Virus record (IMG/VR): IMGVR_UViG_3300026085_000098
Coordinates: 9,707-73,706 of that record
Direction: 5' to 3' (one strand)
Source of the DNA: a virus
Taxonomy: Duplodnaviria; Caudoviricetes
Length of the DNA: 64,000 nucleotides
Shown: in pieces, positions 1-8,796 of the stretch
How positions within the stretch are numbered: the stretch's first letter is position 1
Layout of the letters: each line of letters opens with the position of its first letter
Position numbers and translations under genes: made by a program
The notes under the pieces: model-generated
What the model was told of the DNA's origin: nothing
The model's database searches: none
The model's input: the letters and a program-made list of their open reading frames with translations, nothing else

Positions 1-624
1 CCTACGTAGGTCTAAAACTACGCTATTTAATCTTGTAAGTTCATTATCTAAACTTTTAATTTCGTCATCATAGACTGCAACCCTGTCTTCTAACACTGAC
101 AATTGTGTTTGTATAATTGCATTTTGTTCATCGATAGCAGGTTGAATTCTTTGATATGCACTGTCTATGCGCTCTTGTTCTTTGTCAATTTGTGATTGTA
201 TATCGTCATTCAAATTGCCTGTGCTTGATTCTGCTTTTTGTATTTTTTCTTCCGCACGAACGATTATAGATTCTTGTCTAGCAATTTCAGTTTCTAGTCT
301 TTCTACTTGTTCTACACTTTCAATGCTTGCACTTGTTTGTTCAATGTGCGCTTTTGACAAGAAGCCAAAAATGCCCATGCTAGTAATAAACATAAGAACA
401 ACAACTGATAGAGCAAGATAGGTTCTAAGCCACCACTTGGCTCTTCCCCAGTAGCGATGTAGCCAAACTGCTGTAACAAGTTTACCAATTTCTAATGCAC
501 CGCCCATAATCATTATAGGTAAAGCGGCAGCCGCAAATATTGCGACTAGCCCTGCGATACTATAATAAATTGCTACTGCTGAAATTGTTAATGCAGTAAA
601 AAATACTAAAAAACCTAATACCAT
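1..624 (-). CDS. Membrane protein (3 N-terminal TM helices plus long coiled coil); 3' end runs off the window
   Basis: Hand-translated from ATG at 624: MVLGFLVFFTALTISAVAIYYSIAGLVAIFAAAALPIMIMGGALEIGKLVTAVWLHRYW...FGFLSKAHIEQ followed by an E/Q-rich heptad region; no stop found before position 1; start abuts the SleB stop. Not in ORF track. Confidence 0.8.
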   Translation of the reverse strand, partial: MVLGFLVFFTALTISAVAIYYSIAGLVAIFAAAALPIMIMGGALEIGKLVTAVWLHRYWGRAKWWLRTYLALSVVVLMFITSMGIFGFLSKAHIEQTSASIESVEQVERLETEIARQESIIVRAEEKIQKAESSTGNLNDDIQSQIDKEQERIDSAYQRIQPAIDEQNAIIQTQLSVLEDRVAVYDDEIKSLDNELTRLNSVVLDLRR

Positions 625-1128
625 TTATTCCCACCTATAAAAAATATGCACACCAATCCTTCCTACTAACTGTAAATCCTTTGCCCATCTTGGCTCTACG
701 TAGTTGGCATGATAATGAGTAGCACCTTCGGTAATACCTCTGTGTTTTCTATCCCATACCATAAACCATGCAATCTGTTGAGCATCTATCCATGCATCAG
801 TGTCTTGTGGACGATCTGATTTTCCATCACAATACCAACTAAATTGGCATTGATTGCGTTTCATACTTCCGTCTGGATGTTTGTTTCCTTGCTTGACGAC
901 TTCGCAAATACTATCTGGATATCGTGTATCTTCTACACGATTTATTACCACGTCTGCAACGGCTACTCGGTCTGCGTAATTACTTCCCCTTGTTTCATAA
1001 TATATATTTAGTGCGAGACAATACACCTGCGGATGTGTTTTCTCGCTGTATAACTCTGTCTTTTTTGTTGTTGCGTGTACACTTGTTGTAAGCATAATCG
1101 CAATTAAGCCTAAGATTATTCTTTTCAT
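625..1128 (-). CDS. Cell wall hydrolase, SleB/Hydrolase_2 family, with signal peptide
   Basis: Motifs NIYYETRG (catalytic Glu), CQFSWYCDGKSD, GATHYHA, IGVHIFY; hydrophobic N-terminus ending SVHA. Confidence 0.9.
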   Translation of the reverse strand: MKRIILGLIAIMLTTSVHATTKKTELYSEKTHPQVYCLALNIYYETRGSNYADRVAVADVVINRVEDTRYPDSICEVVKQGNKHPDGSMKRNQCQFSWYCDGKSDRPQDTDAWIDAQQIAWFMVWDRKHRGITEGATHYHANYVEPRWAKDLQLVGRIGVHIFYRWE

Positions 1129-1181
1129 TTCTGCCTCGTTTATATATTTAAGTGGTTTTTTGCATGTTTTTTATGCGTAGA

Positions 1182-1544
1182 TTAGTTTCTACGCATTTGT
1201 GCTATATCTTTAGCATCATCTTTCTTATCTGCAAACACAGGAACCATATTGCTCTTATGCATTGTTGCAACACCTAACAATGTACGCTCGCCTGAATATA
1301 CATTGCGTTCTTTTTGTGGTGCATGACCGTCAATACGATCACTAGTTGGAACTGTGTTAGCACTGCGATTACTATAGTCTGGCATTTCGTAACGATAGTC
1401 TGAACCTTTGCCAGTATAGCCCATAGACGCAAGCCATGTTTCATGCTCTGCTTGCGCACGTTGTAGTCTTTTGTTGTTAGATTTTTTCTGCTTACGATTG
1501 TACTTGGTTGTGGTCATATATGGACCTACAAGATGCATCGACAT
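1182..1544 (-). CDS. Conserved T4-like phage hypothetical protein (MHKSN motif)
   Basis: YSGERTLLGVATMHKSNMVPV motif; lies downstream of a sigma70-type promoter. Confidence 0.7.
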   Translation of the reverse strand: MSMHLVGPYMTTTKYNRKQKKSNNKRLQRAQAEHETWLASMGYTGKGSDYRYEMPDYSNRSANTVPTSDRIDGHAPQKERNVYSGERTLLGVATMHKSNMVPVFADKKDDAKDIAQMRRN

Positions 1545-1575
1545 AATAAACTCCTAGTTGTGTTACTACTAGTTT

Positions 1576-1603
1576 AATATAGCATCTTAAAATTATTTGT
1601 CAA
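1576..1603 (-). promoter_or_regulatory. Sigma70-type early promoter
   Basis: TTGACA-N16-TATATT with GC just upstream of the -10. Confidence 0.6.
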
Positions 1604-2156
1604 CCTCTTTAAATCTTACTAATACACTATTCCTATCATAACCTCTCTGCGCAACACTATGATAGGAATCTTCAGTATTTTCAAATACAGTACAACTATT
1701 GTTTATTAAAGGTAATTCTATAAATGGTTTTCTGTCAACACCATGCAAAATAGTGCCTCCATCAGGACGGTCTGCTACGCTAAAAAAATATTGAAATGTA
1801 AAACTCCGTCCTTTATCATCCCATACATCTCTATGTACTCGCTGAAGTTTCATCCAAGGTCTGTCCCTTTTAAATGAAGGGCCTTGATTTTCTAATTTCA
1901 TTAGTGTTTTTGATCTAAATTTTTCCTGTAATATTGGCGCAAGATCTAAAGCAAAAAAATCAAACAAGTCTCCTTGCGACATACCTTGCCACATACTTTC
2001 TTGGTTGTAATTACGCTTTGTCATTTTGTCTTTTTTATATTCCGACTTTATAAGTTTTTGGAATTCTAAAGGAAACAGATCCTTAACTACAAAATGAAGG
2101 AAAGGATCTGTTTTAAAAGGTTCTTGTAAAATTTTTTCTCTTACATCAACTATCAA
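1593..2156 (-). CDS. 2OG-Fe(II) oxygenase-like protein
   Basis: HRD, GGT, YHSV and distal R in the jelly-roll pattern HxD...H...R. Confidence 0.6.
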   Translation of the reverse strand: MIVDVREKILQEPFKTDPFLHFVVKDLFPLEFQKLIKSEYKKDKMTKRNYNQESMWQGMSQGDLFDFFALDLAPILQEKFRSKTLMKLENQGPSFKRDRPWMKLQRVHRDVWDDKGRSFTFQYFFSVADRPDGGTILHGVDRKPFIELPLINNSCTVFENTEDSYHSVAQRGYDRNSVLVRFKEVDK

Positions 2157-2598
2157 GAACTACAACACCCTCACGTAAAAGCTTTTCTCTGTTGGCCATG
2201 TGTTTCATTTGAATTTCTTCTTTGCTACCGCCAAAGTATGCTACAGCATGTCCCTCTTCAATAAGTATGTCAGTGGCTCTACGTACTTCGCCTTCCCACT
2301 CTTCGACAAGAAAGTCTCCCAAAATTCGTCCGAACTTACCTTTTTTATCTTCTCCGCTTTTATCAATCTCTGTTTTGAGAACTTGAATAGATCCAATAGG
2401 CAATAATTCTTTTAATCTATTTTTACTTGCAAGACCAAAAGCCTTTTCAGTTTCATCTCTTGTTCTAGATTCCGGAGTGTCGATACCCATCATTCGTACT
2501 CTTTCTTTGTGCAGCCAAACACCAAACCCTAAATCTATATCTATGTCAACAGTATCTCCGTCAACTACCCTTAAAATTTTACATTTATATTCATACAT
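2146..2598 (-). CDS. Thermonuclease (staphylococcal nuclease) family protein
   Basis: RVVDGDTVD, RVRMMGIDTPE, GKFGRILG motifs. Confidence 0.9.
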   Translation of the reverse strand: MYEYKCKILRVVDGDTVDIDIDLGFGVWLHKERVRMMGIDTPESRTRDETEKAFGLASKNRLKELLPIGSIQVLKTEIDKSGEDKKGKFGRILGDFLVEEWEGEVRRATDILIEEGHAVAYFGGSKEEIQMKHMANREKLLREGVVVLDS

Positions 2599-2615
2599 TT
2601 TTTTGTATTCCCTCT

Positions 2616-2771
2616 CTAAGCAGCCTTGCCTTGGCCTCTACTTGGCTTGTATGAACGTTTTTTATCTTTATTCATACTACTCAGTTTAATTGAACTTTTG
2701 GTTTTACCAATACTTGTTTTCTTTTTATATTTTTCTGGTTTCCATACTGCACCAGTTGTACCTTTAGCCAT
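2616..2771 (-). CDS. Small Lys-rich protein typical of T4-like phages
   Basis: Probable start MAKG at 2771; C-terminal KRSYKPSRGQGK. Confidence 0.6.
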   Translation of the reverse strand: MAKGTTGAVWKPEKYKKKTSIGKTKSSIKLSSMNKDKKRSYKPSRGQGKAA

Positions 2772-3093
2772 TGCCCTCTCCCCATTCATCCATAATAAAT
2801 TCTCCAAATGCCTGTCCAAATATCCACATCAGAACCAGCAAATGGGCTGCAATATATATTAACACTGGTATCACAACAAAACTCACCCAACGTGGCTTTT
2901 TTTCTAACCAATGTAATAACTGCTTGATCCTGTTCTTAACACCATCCATCAAATACTTGCCTACTACATAACGTATTACTCGCATTACAATAAGAATAGG
3001 TGAACTCAAAACGTCAAACAGTATTAAAAACAAATCAACAGAGACATCTACTATTGAATCTATGTTTAATTTTTTCTTAATACGTTGCCACAT
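2764..3093 (-). CDS. Hypothetical membrane protein
   Basis: Two hydrophobic segments; translationally coupled to neighbours. Confidence 0.65.
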   Translation of the reverse strand: MWQRIKKKLNIDSIVDVSVDLFLILFDVLSSPILIVMRVIRYVVGKYLMDGVKNRIKQLLHWLEKKPRWVSFVVIPVLIYIAAHLLVLMWIFGQAFGEFIMDEWGEGNG

Positions 3094-3287
3094 CAGCCAG
3101 ATGAGAACATATTAATTAGTTCTGGACCAAAGTTTCCTGCTGCCCAACCTAGTGCTACAATAGCAACAACACCCATGACTAACCATTTCATTTTAAAATC
3201 GTCTACGTCCATGCGTAATGCTACAAGTTCATTTCCAAGGATTCGAACACTTACTTCGAGCTTTCCTTTGTCGTCTACCTCTGACAT
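3093..3287 (-). CDS. Small membrane protein
   Basis: C-terminal TM helix; SD GGAG and late promoter AATAAATA (3315-3322) upstream. Confidence 0.7.
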   Translation of the reverse strand: MSEVDDKGKLEVSVRILGNELVALRMDVDDFKMKWLVMGVVAIVALGWAAGNFGPELINMFSSG

Positions 3288-3333
3288 AATAATGACTCCC
3301 TCTTAATATATGTGTATTTATTGTTATATTCAC

Positions 3334-3360
3334 AAAAAAAGAGCCCAGAGGCTCTTTCTT
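3334..3360. terminator. Intrinsic terminator after the porin gene (bidirectional)
   Basis: A7-GAGCC-caga-GGCTC-TTTCTT. Confidence 0.8.
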
Positions 3361-3379
3361 TTATTTTATGTTCTATAAA

Positions 3380-4168
3380 TTAGAAACTAAAACTTACGCC
3401 AACTGTTGGAGTAAAGTCTTCTGTGTCTACATTATAGTTTGCACCTGCTGATAGTTCAGCACCGCCAATACCATAAACATACTCACCACCAATGTTTTGT
3501 AGTGTGTCATCTTGATCACCATTAATGTATGCTGTTAGACCCATTGCTTTTGTAACACCTTCAAATGCAAACTTTTCTGCGTCTACATCATATGTTACTG
3601 TGCCGCCTAACGAAGCAACACCTAGATCAAGACCAGAGGCTGATGCACCTACCACAGTGTTTTCACTGTCAAGGTTGTAGTCGCCTGCAACTGTTAAAGC
3701 AAATGCACTTGTGTTGATTGTGTAAGCACCTTGGATGTTTGAGATGTCTGTGATGTCTGCTGTCCAGTCTGTGAAACCAACTGCTACTGCTGCTGCACCT
3801 ACAGTCAGTTTAACTGATTCTGCCATTGCTGGTGCTGCTAGTGTTTGCTCACCTTCTGCTCCAACAAATACACCATTGTCATCGCCAATAGCGACTCCGA
3901 TAGCATTTACAGTTGTGCCAACTGTCCAGTTATCAAGAGTAAGTGCACCACCGTCTGTTGCACTCATGTCTAGATCAACAGTTGCTAGACCTGATACGTC
4001 TACACCTAAGTCCAAACCCATTGCACCACCCCATTTATCTGTTGTAGCGTTTTGTGTGAACTTTAGTTCCACTTCACCTGATAGTACCGGGCCTGGTACT
4101 GCTGGTGTTTCAGCGTATGCCGCGCCTGCGAACATAACTGCTGCTATAATACTAAATACTTTGCGCAT
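3380..4168 (-). CDS. Outer-membrane beta-barrel porin-like protein
   Basis: Signal peptide MRKVFSIIAAVMFAGAAYA; alternating amphipathic beta pattern; Gly/Ala/Asp-rich; C-terminal beta-signal TVGVSFSF ending in Phe. Confidence 0.75.
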   Translation of the reverse strand: MRKVFSIIAAVMFAGAAYAETPAVPGPVLSGEVELKFTQNATTDKWGGAMGLDLGVDVSGLATVDLDMSATDGGALTLDNWTVGTTVNAIGVAIGDDNGVFVGAEGEQTLAAPAMAESVKLTVGAAAVAVGFTDWTADITDISNIQGAYTINTSAFALTVAGDYNLDSENTVVGASASGLDLGVASLGGTVTYDVDAEKFAFEGVTKAMGLTAYINGDQDDTLQNIGGEYVYGIGGAELSAGANYNVDTEDFTPTVGVSFSF

Positions 4169-4200
4169 AATATTTCCTTTTTGTTGTGTGTAAAAATAGT

Positions 4201-4239
4201 GGGCAAGAAGTAGTTGTTCTTGCCCACGTTTTATTTATA
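4201..4239 (-). promoter_or_regulatory. Late promoter TATAAATA (4232-4239) followed by a 5'-UTR hairpin for the porin mRNA
   Basis: Perfect 9-bp stem gggcaagaa/ttcttgccc (4201-4225) between promoter and SD. Confidence 0.7.
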
Positions 4240-4304
4240 TAAACTCCATGCTGCAACTGCACAATTATTAAACCAATAGTTACAATTGTTGCAAATATAC
4301 AACA

Positions 4305-4523
4305 TTATCCTCCTACATAAATTCCTTTGCTTGGCTTATACCAAACTTTTTGATGGTGTATACGTCCTAATAGTTCTTGTATCTCATGCATCTCATTTTT
4401 GAGTTGCTCGGATGTTTCTCCTTGGGCAATAGCAAGACCTCTACGACCTGCTTTTGCTCTAAGGGCATGTTCAATTATTTCAATATCACGAACAGTCAAT
4501 TCAAACTTTAGATTCGGTTTCAT
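4305..4523 (-). CDS. Hypothetical protein (FELTVRDIEIIEHAL...LLGRIHHQKVWYKP...YVGG)
   Basis: ORF track; overlaps upstream gene; pattern recalled from Rhodobacteraceae small proteins. Confidence 0.6.
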   Translation of the reverse strand: MKPNLKFELTVRDIEIIEHALRAKAGRRGLAIAQGETSEQLKNEMHEIQELLGRIHHQKVWYKPSKGIYVGG

Positions 4524-4737
4524 TTAATACTTCTTTCGTTATTTTATTAGCCGGCATACAAGCAACATTTACTATTGTATCGTTGAATCCTGCAACATTG
4601 ATAACTTCTATTGCAAGTCTATCGCTGTTAGCAGGATCGTTGATATATGCTTTACATTGGTTTTGTGTGTCAAATTGTAAACTTTTGATTGCAAATGGAT
4701 CTGCTTCCAACATTGCAAATACGATTAACCACTTCAT
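4501..4737 (-). CDS. Small exported or membrane-anchored protein with a Cys pair
   Basis: MKWLIVF N-terminus, FDTQNQC and VNVAC; paralog of 58546-58803. Confidence 0.65.
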   Translation of the reverse strand: MKWLIVFAMLEADPFAIKSLQFDTQNQCKAYINDPANSDRLAIEVINVAGFNDTIVNVACMPANKITKEVLNETESKV

Positions 4738-4943
4738 TTTTTAACATTCAAATTCATTGGAGAATATTGTTCTCCGTTATACCCGCTACCAGTGCCGTCT
4801 ACGCCTGAGTTGCAAGCAAATACAACAACACATAAAAAGAAAGCACTCCACAGTGTGGCACGTTTACTCCAAAGGATGAATCCATCCATTGCTTCTTCTG
4901 CTTGTTTTTGTGCTGCTGCTCTTACATCATCACTCATTGACAT
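4734..4943 (-). CDS. Single-TM small protein, weakly resembling aa3 cytochrome c oxidase subunit IV
   Basis: EEAMDGFILWSKRATLWSAFFLCVVVFACNS resembles the E..F.GF-then-TM-then-N pattern; by-eye similarity only. Confidence 0.35.
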   Translation of the reverse strand: MSMSDDVRAAAQKQAEEAMDGFILWSKRATLWSAFFLCVVVFACNSGVDGTGSGYNGEQYSPMNLNVKK

Positions 4944-5032
4944 AGATCCTCATACTTGGTAGTATGGGCTCTGTGTAATACACCGTTTGGCAGTTTTTCA
5001 GTGGTGAATAGTTTTAGAAAATATTTTAGCAT
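4934..5032 (-). CDS. 32-aa small protein
   Basis: Hand-translated MLKYFLKLFTTEKLPNGVLHRAHTTKYEDLCQ; strong SD AGGAGA; first gene after a sigma70 promoter. Not in ORF track. Confidence 0.65.
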   Translation of the reverse strand: MLKYFLKLFTTEKLPNGVLHRAHTTKYEDLCQ

Positions 5033-5055
5033 CTGTGTCTCCTGTGTGTATATAA

Positions 5056-5084
5056 TATATAGCAGGTCAACTGTGTAAAGTCAA
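5056..5084 (-). promoter_or_regulatory. Sigma70-type early promoter
   Basis: TTGACT-N17-TATATA. Confidence 0.65.
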
Positions 5085-5113
5085 CCTTACTTGGGTGTGT
5101 AAAATTGTAGCAG

Positions 5114-5458
5114 TTATTCAATATTACGAACTTGCCTTCCGCTATGACACATTTTTATACATAGCGGAGGAGGATTATCACTATTCCATGCTTTTTCACA
5201 ACAATGATTTTGATAGTAATCATGATTTACTATATCATATAAATCATAGTAATTTAAATTATTCCAATTAGGATCTTGCTCGAAAGCCTTGGTCAGTGCT
5301 TTATCAGACATTAAAGTGTTATCTGTAGGATGTGCATAACTTTCTACTAGGTAATGACAACAAGGCCATACTTTCCCATCAATGTTAATTTCCCAATCCC
5401 GTTCTATTGCATCATCAAATTCGTTATAACTCATACAATCTATATTATACATAGCCAT
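5114..5458 (-). CDS. Stand-alone SPASM/twitch-like Fe-S domain protein
   Basis: INIDGKVWPCC and C-terminal PLCIKMC; GAGGA SD 8 nt before the second ATG (5452). Confidence 0.65.
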   Translation of the reverse strand: MAMYNIDCMSYNEFDDAIERDWEINIDGKVWPCCHYLVESYAHPTDNTLMSDKALTKAFEQDPNWNNLNYYDLYDIVNHDYYQNHCCEKAWNSDNPPPLCIKMCHSGRQVRNIE

Positions 5459-6122
5459 ATTCCTCTAATAATGATGTTGCTTCGTCTATAATTAATTTAT
5501 CACACAAACCTTCGGCAGGATTATCTGTCCTGGTAATTTTAAATACTAGTTGCCTTTTTTCAAGCTTTAGTCCTTTAGCAATGCTGACTACTTCTGGTAT
5601 TGTTTTGTAGTTCCAATTAAAAAGAATATAATGCCATTCTATTCTGCCGCCGTTTTCATGAAATGCAATCATGTTATCCCATGCTTGTTGGAACTTTACA
5701 CCTTTTCTGTATTTCCAATTCATTTCATGATCTATTCCATCAATGCCAAATGCAATGGTTAGTTTTCTATTCTTTTTTGCCTGCGCTGCATACCAGTTCG
5801 GTCGACGTATCCCCCCGTTTGTATTAATTAGAACACCATTTACTATATTATAGTCAAAAGCAATATCCAAAATTTCGTCTATACAAGGATGCATCATAGG
5901 ATCACCTAACTCTCCGCATAGTTGTAATTGGCCAAACTTTTGCCATTTAGTGTAGCCACTATCTAAAAATTTTTTAAAGTTAGATGGGTCCATGTGAAAT
6001 TGATTTTTTTTAATCCAATTAGAAGGAGTACCGTCTTCGTTATTTCTTTGACACCCTGCACAGAAGGCTTGACAATAACTTGAAATAGTTATATCAAAAG
6101 AGTTAATTTGTTTTTTTACCAT
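5445..6122 (-). CDS. Radical SAM enzyme (core domain only)
   Basis: CQAFCAGC (CxxxCxxC), GELGDPMMHP, INTNGG, FGIDG. Confidence 0.85.
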   Translation of the reverse strand: MVKKQINSFDITISSYCQAFCAGCQRNNEDGTPSNWIKKNQFHMDPSNFKKFLDSGYTKWQKFGQLQLCGELGDPMMHPCIDEILDIAFDYNIVNGVLINTNGGIRRPNWYAAQAKKNRKLTIAFGIDGIDHEMNWKYRKGVKFQQAWDNMIAFHENGGRIEWHYILFNWNYKTIPEVVSIAKGLKLEKRQLVFKITRTDNPAEGLCDKLIIDEATSLLEEYGYV

Positions 6123-6129
6123 TAAGCCT

Positions 6130-6448
6130 ACTATATGTTATGCCACTTTCTGTTGCTAGGCTGTGGCCGCCCCCTTAATTATGCTGCTAGAGCGTAACCA
6201 GAAGGTGCAAAGTTTGAATTTGCATCTAGTTTTTTTGACCAATAACGCAGTCATCCGGTTAACTCCACTTCACTTTCACACCTGTCGATCCCATGTCAGG
6301 CCCATCATAAACGCACTTTCTTGGCTCGGTCAGGAGTTGTGTGCTGCACCACACCTATTATGCAGATAGGCGAAATGCGTTTATGGTGGACCTGCCCGGA
6401 ATTGAACCGGGGTCCAGTATGTGTCCACGTTGCTTCAACGCTAACAGT
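6130..6448 (-). ncRNA. ssrA: Circularly permuted two-piece tmRNA; tag peptide (A)ANSNFAPSGYALAA
   Basis: Order on the minus strand: acceptor piece with T-arm CCCCGG-TTCAATT-CCGGG and CAGGTCC-A-CCA end (3' end at 6384); intervening segment bounded by the inverted repeat cataaacgca/tgcgtttatg; coding piece starting GGGCCTGACATGGGATCGAC at 6303; G3:U70 in the acceptor stem; tag ORF 6223-6179; late promoter TATAAATA at 6450-6457. Outer ends are approximate. Confidence 0.95.
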
Positions 6449-7018
6449 TTATTTATAAAGTCTATATTTTATAGTGTCAACCACTCTTTTACTTAAAACA
6501 ATTTCGTAATGGTTTCTATCAATTGTTGTGTATTCTACATCGCCTCTGCAAGTCATTGAATGTCGTGTAACAATACCATCATTCTTTCCTGATAACCAAG
6601 GAACATCACCTGTTGTAGTAACAATTTGTAACCAAGGAACTTTTATTGAAAGTTTTCTACTGCCTTTTATAAACGCACTATGTGGCGTAATGTCTCTAAA
6701 TAATTGGTATCCTGGATTAAGTAAACCTCCCCAAGTTGCTATCTCGCTACCATTAAACGGTGTAGCAAGGCTAACTACACCTTTGATGTCAAATAAATTT
6801 TGTAAGTACGTTGCATATACTCCGCCTAAACTATGTGCAATGATACTAAAAGGCCCCTTGTTTTCCTTTAGGATTTCTTTCATTTCATCTAGATTTTCTT
6901 CAGCAGTTGTTTCTTTATCATAATTCAGAAAAATAGGATCTTTTGCTTTTATTTCTTTTTGAATATAAGCAAAACTTCTTTCGCTTGCTGTAGCGCCATG
7001 TATGAAAATTGTTTTCAT
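6449..7018 (-). CDS. Alpha/beta hydrolase (lipase/esterase-like)
   Basis: FIHG oxyanion motif, AHSLGG nucleophile elbow, LATPFNG, NDGIV, NHYEI; late promoter at 7023-7030. Confidence 0.85.
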   Translation of the reverse strand: MKTIFIHGATASERSFAYIQKEIKAKDPIFLNYDKETTAEENLDEMKEILKENKGPFSIIAHSLGGVYATYLQNLFDIKGVVSLATPFNGSEIATWGGLLNPGYQLFRDITPHSAFIKGSRKLSIKVPWLQIVTTTGDVPWLSGKNDGIVTRHSMTCRGDVEYTTIDRNHYEIVLSKRVVDTIKYRLYK

Positions 7019-7025
7019 ATATTAT

Positions 7026-7526
7026 TTATAGTGGGTTTTTGCAAACCATTATTATCAGTGTGCGTCTTTGCTCTATACAATCAATAGCATCAAAGTCATG
7101 CCAAGTTTGCTCACCTCTAAAGAATGCTGTGCCACCGTTTTGTATATAAGGGTTTTGATGAGAAAACTCTGTTTTATTTTTATAGATTTTTGTACCTGTG
7201 CCTGTGTCTGCTAAACCTAAAACAAAAGTAAAAATCTTTTTAGGATTGTCTGTATGTACTTTATTGTACTGCCAGTCTATATCAATATTATCAAATTGTA
7301 ATTCTAAGTAGTGTCTAGAAAAATCATACTTCAATATATCAGACAAATCTAGCATAGGTTCTTCTAGCAAATCATGCCATTTACCTTCCTTAAAAGGATG
7401 CATTGTACGTGAATCATAACGTGGTAAGTTTTTACTATATTCGTTAAACTCTTTAAACACATCTTGAGGAAGAAAATCATGTATTAGATATTGTTTCCAA
7501 GGGTGTTCTATTTTCTCAACTATCAT
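7026..7526 (-). CDS. 2OG-Fe(II) oxygenase-like protein
   Basis: VHTD, GTGT, TWHDF, RRTL. Confidence 0.65.
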   Translation of the reverse strand: MIVEKIEHPWKQYLIHDFLPQDVFKEFNEYSKNLPRYDSRTMHPFKEGKWHDLLEEPMLDLSDILKYDFSRHYLELQFDNIDIDWQYNKVHTDNPKKIFTFVLGLADTGTGTKIYKNKTEFSHQNPYIQNGGTAFFRGEQTWHDFDAIDCIEQRRTLIIMVCKNPL

Positions 7527-8062
7527 ACAAGAACACTTTCATCTCGCCATTGATCATTTACATAATTTACAATAACACTGATCCTATCATCTTGTAAAGG
7601 TTCTAGTTTGTGAGGTTCATTCCCTGTGTTTACAAAAAACCATCCACTACCTCTTTTGGCTCTTGTTTTTATATTGTTGAAAGTTGTGCTTGTTTCTTGG
7701 TAATCTAGATATAATTGCAATGAAAAAGTTTTGGCATCATCGTCACAATGATCTTCTAACCAACTACCTTTAAGATCTTTACAAAGTTCAATTCTCAATC
7801 TATCAGTTGTGTAATCTTTACCTACAGTTTCGCCAAACATTCTTCTTGTTTCGTACGAATCAAAAAACTCAATTAAGTCCCAAAAACAAGGATGTTCATA
7901 GTGATGCATCCAATGCCTAACATTTTTATCTGTTCGTTTACCATTCAATGATCCCCAGGAAAGCACTTCAGACTCGTTTATAATGCATCTTATAAGTTCA
8001 TCGCTTATAAGTTTTTCAAACTGCCAAATTGTGTAACCTACATTAACTGTGTTTAATATCAA
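7523..8062 (-). CDS. 2OG-Fe(II) oxygenase-like protein
   Basis: DHCD, FSLQLYL, EPHKL, RISVIVNY. Confidence 0.7.
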   Translation of the reverse strand: MILNTVNVGYTIWQFEKLISDELIRCIINESEVLSWGSLNGKRTDKNVRHWMHHYEHPCFWDLIEFFDSYETRRMFGETVGKDYTTDRLRIELCKDLKGSWLEDHCDDDAKTFSLQLYLDYQETSTTFNNIKTRAKRGSGWFFVNTGNEPHKLEPLQDDRISVIVNYVNDQWRDESVLV

Positions 8063-8789
8063 TTACCACTCTCCATTCTGTTCTAAATTTTTGGTATACC
8101 AATTGATTATCGACATAGACTCTGCCTTTAACAATCTTAAATTCTTTTGGAGGATTGTATAGTGTAGGATCGGCTAGTTCTTGCGGCCAATCTTCTATTA
8201 CCTCTTGAATATAACAAAGTCTATCTTTTGTTACCTTTTGTATTCCCCGCGGACAATTTTCAGCAAGGTTATCATAACTTACATAGTTTAAATTTTTGAT
8301 GCTAAATTCATGATCCTTAGGATCGCAAAATTTCATATGTGGAAAACGCTGCTGAATGTCTCCTTTGTAGTCTGTAAAAATAGCATACACAGGATAAGGA
8401 TATACTCTTTGAAAATATAATCTAGTGTTACCAGGATGACACGCAACTTTTTTGCCAAAGTAAACAACACACATTGGGTGTTTAATCCTTCCACCTTCGG
8501 CAATATCTTTTCCTATCACTGAAATTGCGTTTGTTTTTTCAAGTAAGTCAGCATTTGCTCTAGGATGGTTAGACAGAAATTTTGGTCCACAACGTTTTGT
8601 CATATCACTTACCATTTCTTCTATGTCATCTGAAATGCCGCTGTATGGTTTATTTCTAACAAGCCCTACATCTTCAAGTGTGGATTTTGCTACATAGGTT
8701 TTTGTGCCACAGAATCTATCAAAGTCTGCAAGTAGTTCTACTAGTTGGTCATATGATTTTAATTTTATGTGTTGATTTATAGGGCTCAT
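8043..8789 (-). CDS. Hypothetical protein, possibly ParB/Srx-like fold
   Basis: Likely start MSPIN at 8789, directly after the promoter; HPGNTRL motif. Confidence 0.55.
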   Translation of the reverse strand: MSPINQHIKLKSYDQLVELLADFDRFCGTKTYVAKSTLEDVGLVRNKPYSGISDDIEEMVSDMTKRCGPKFLSNHPRANADLLEKTNAISVIGKDIAEGGRIKHPMCVVYFGKKVACHPGNTRLYFQRVYPYPVYAIFTDYKGDIQQRFPHMKFCDPKDHEFSIKNLNYVSYDNLAENCPRGIQKVTKDRLCYIQEVIEDWPQELADPTLYNPPKEFKIVKGRVYVDNQLVYQKFRTEWRVVIDIKHS

Positions 8790-8796
8790 ACTAACT

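Noticed and set aside
6384-6420. tRNA-like T-arm and CCA end as a stand-alone tRNA
   Set aside because: No anticodon arm; it pairs with GGGCCTG at 6303-6297 and belongs to the permuted tmRNA.
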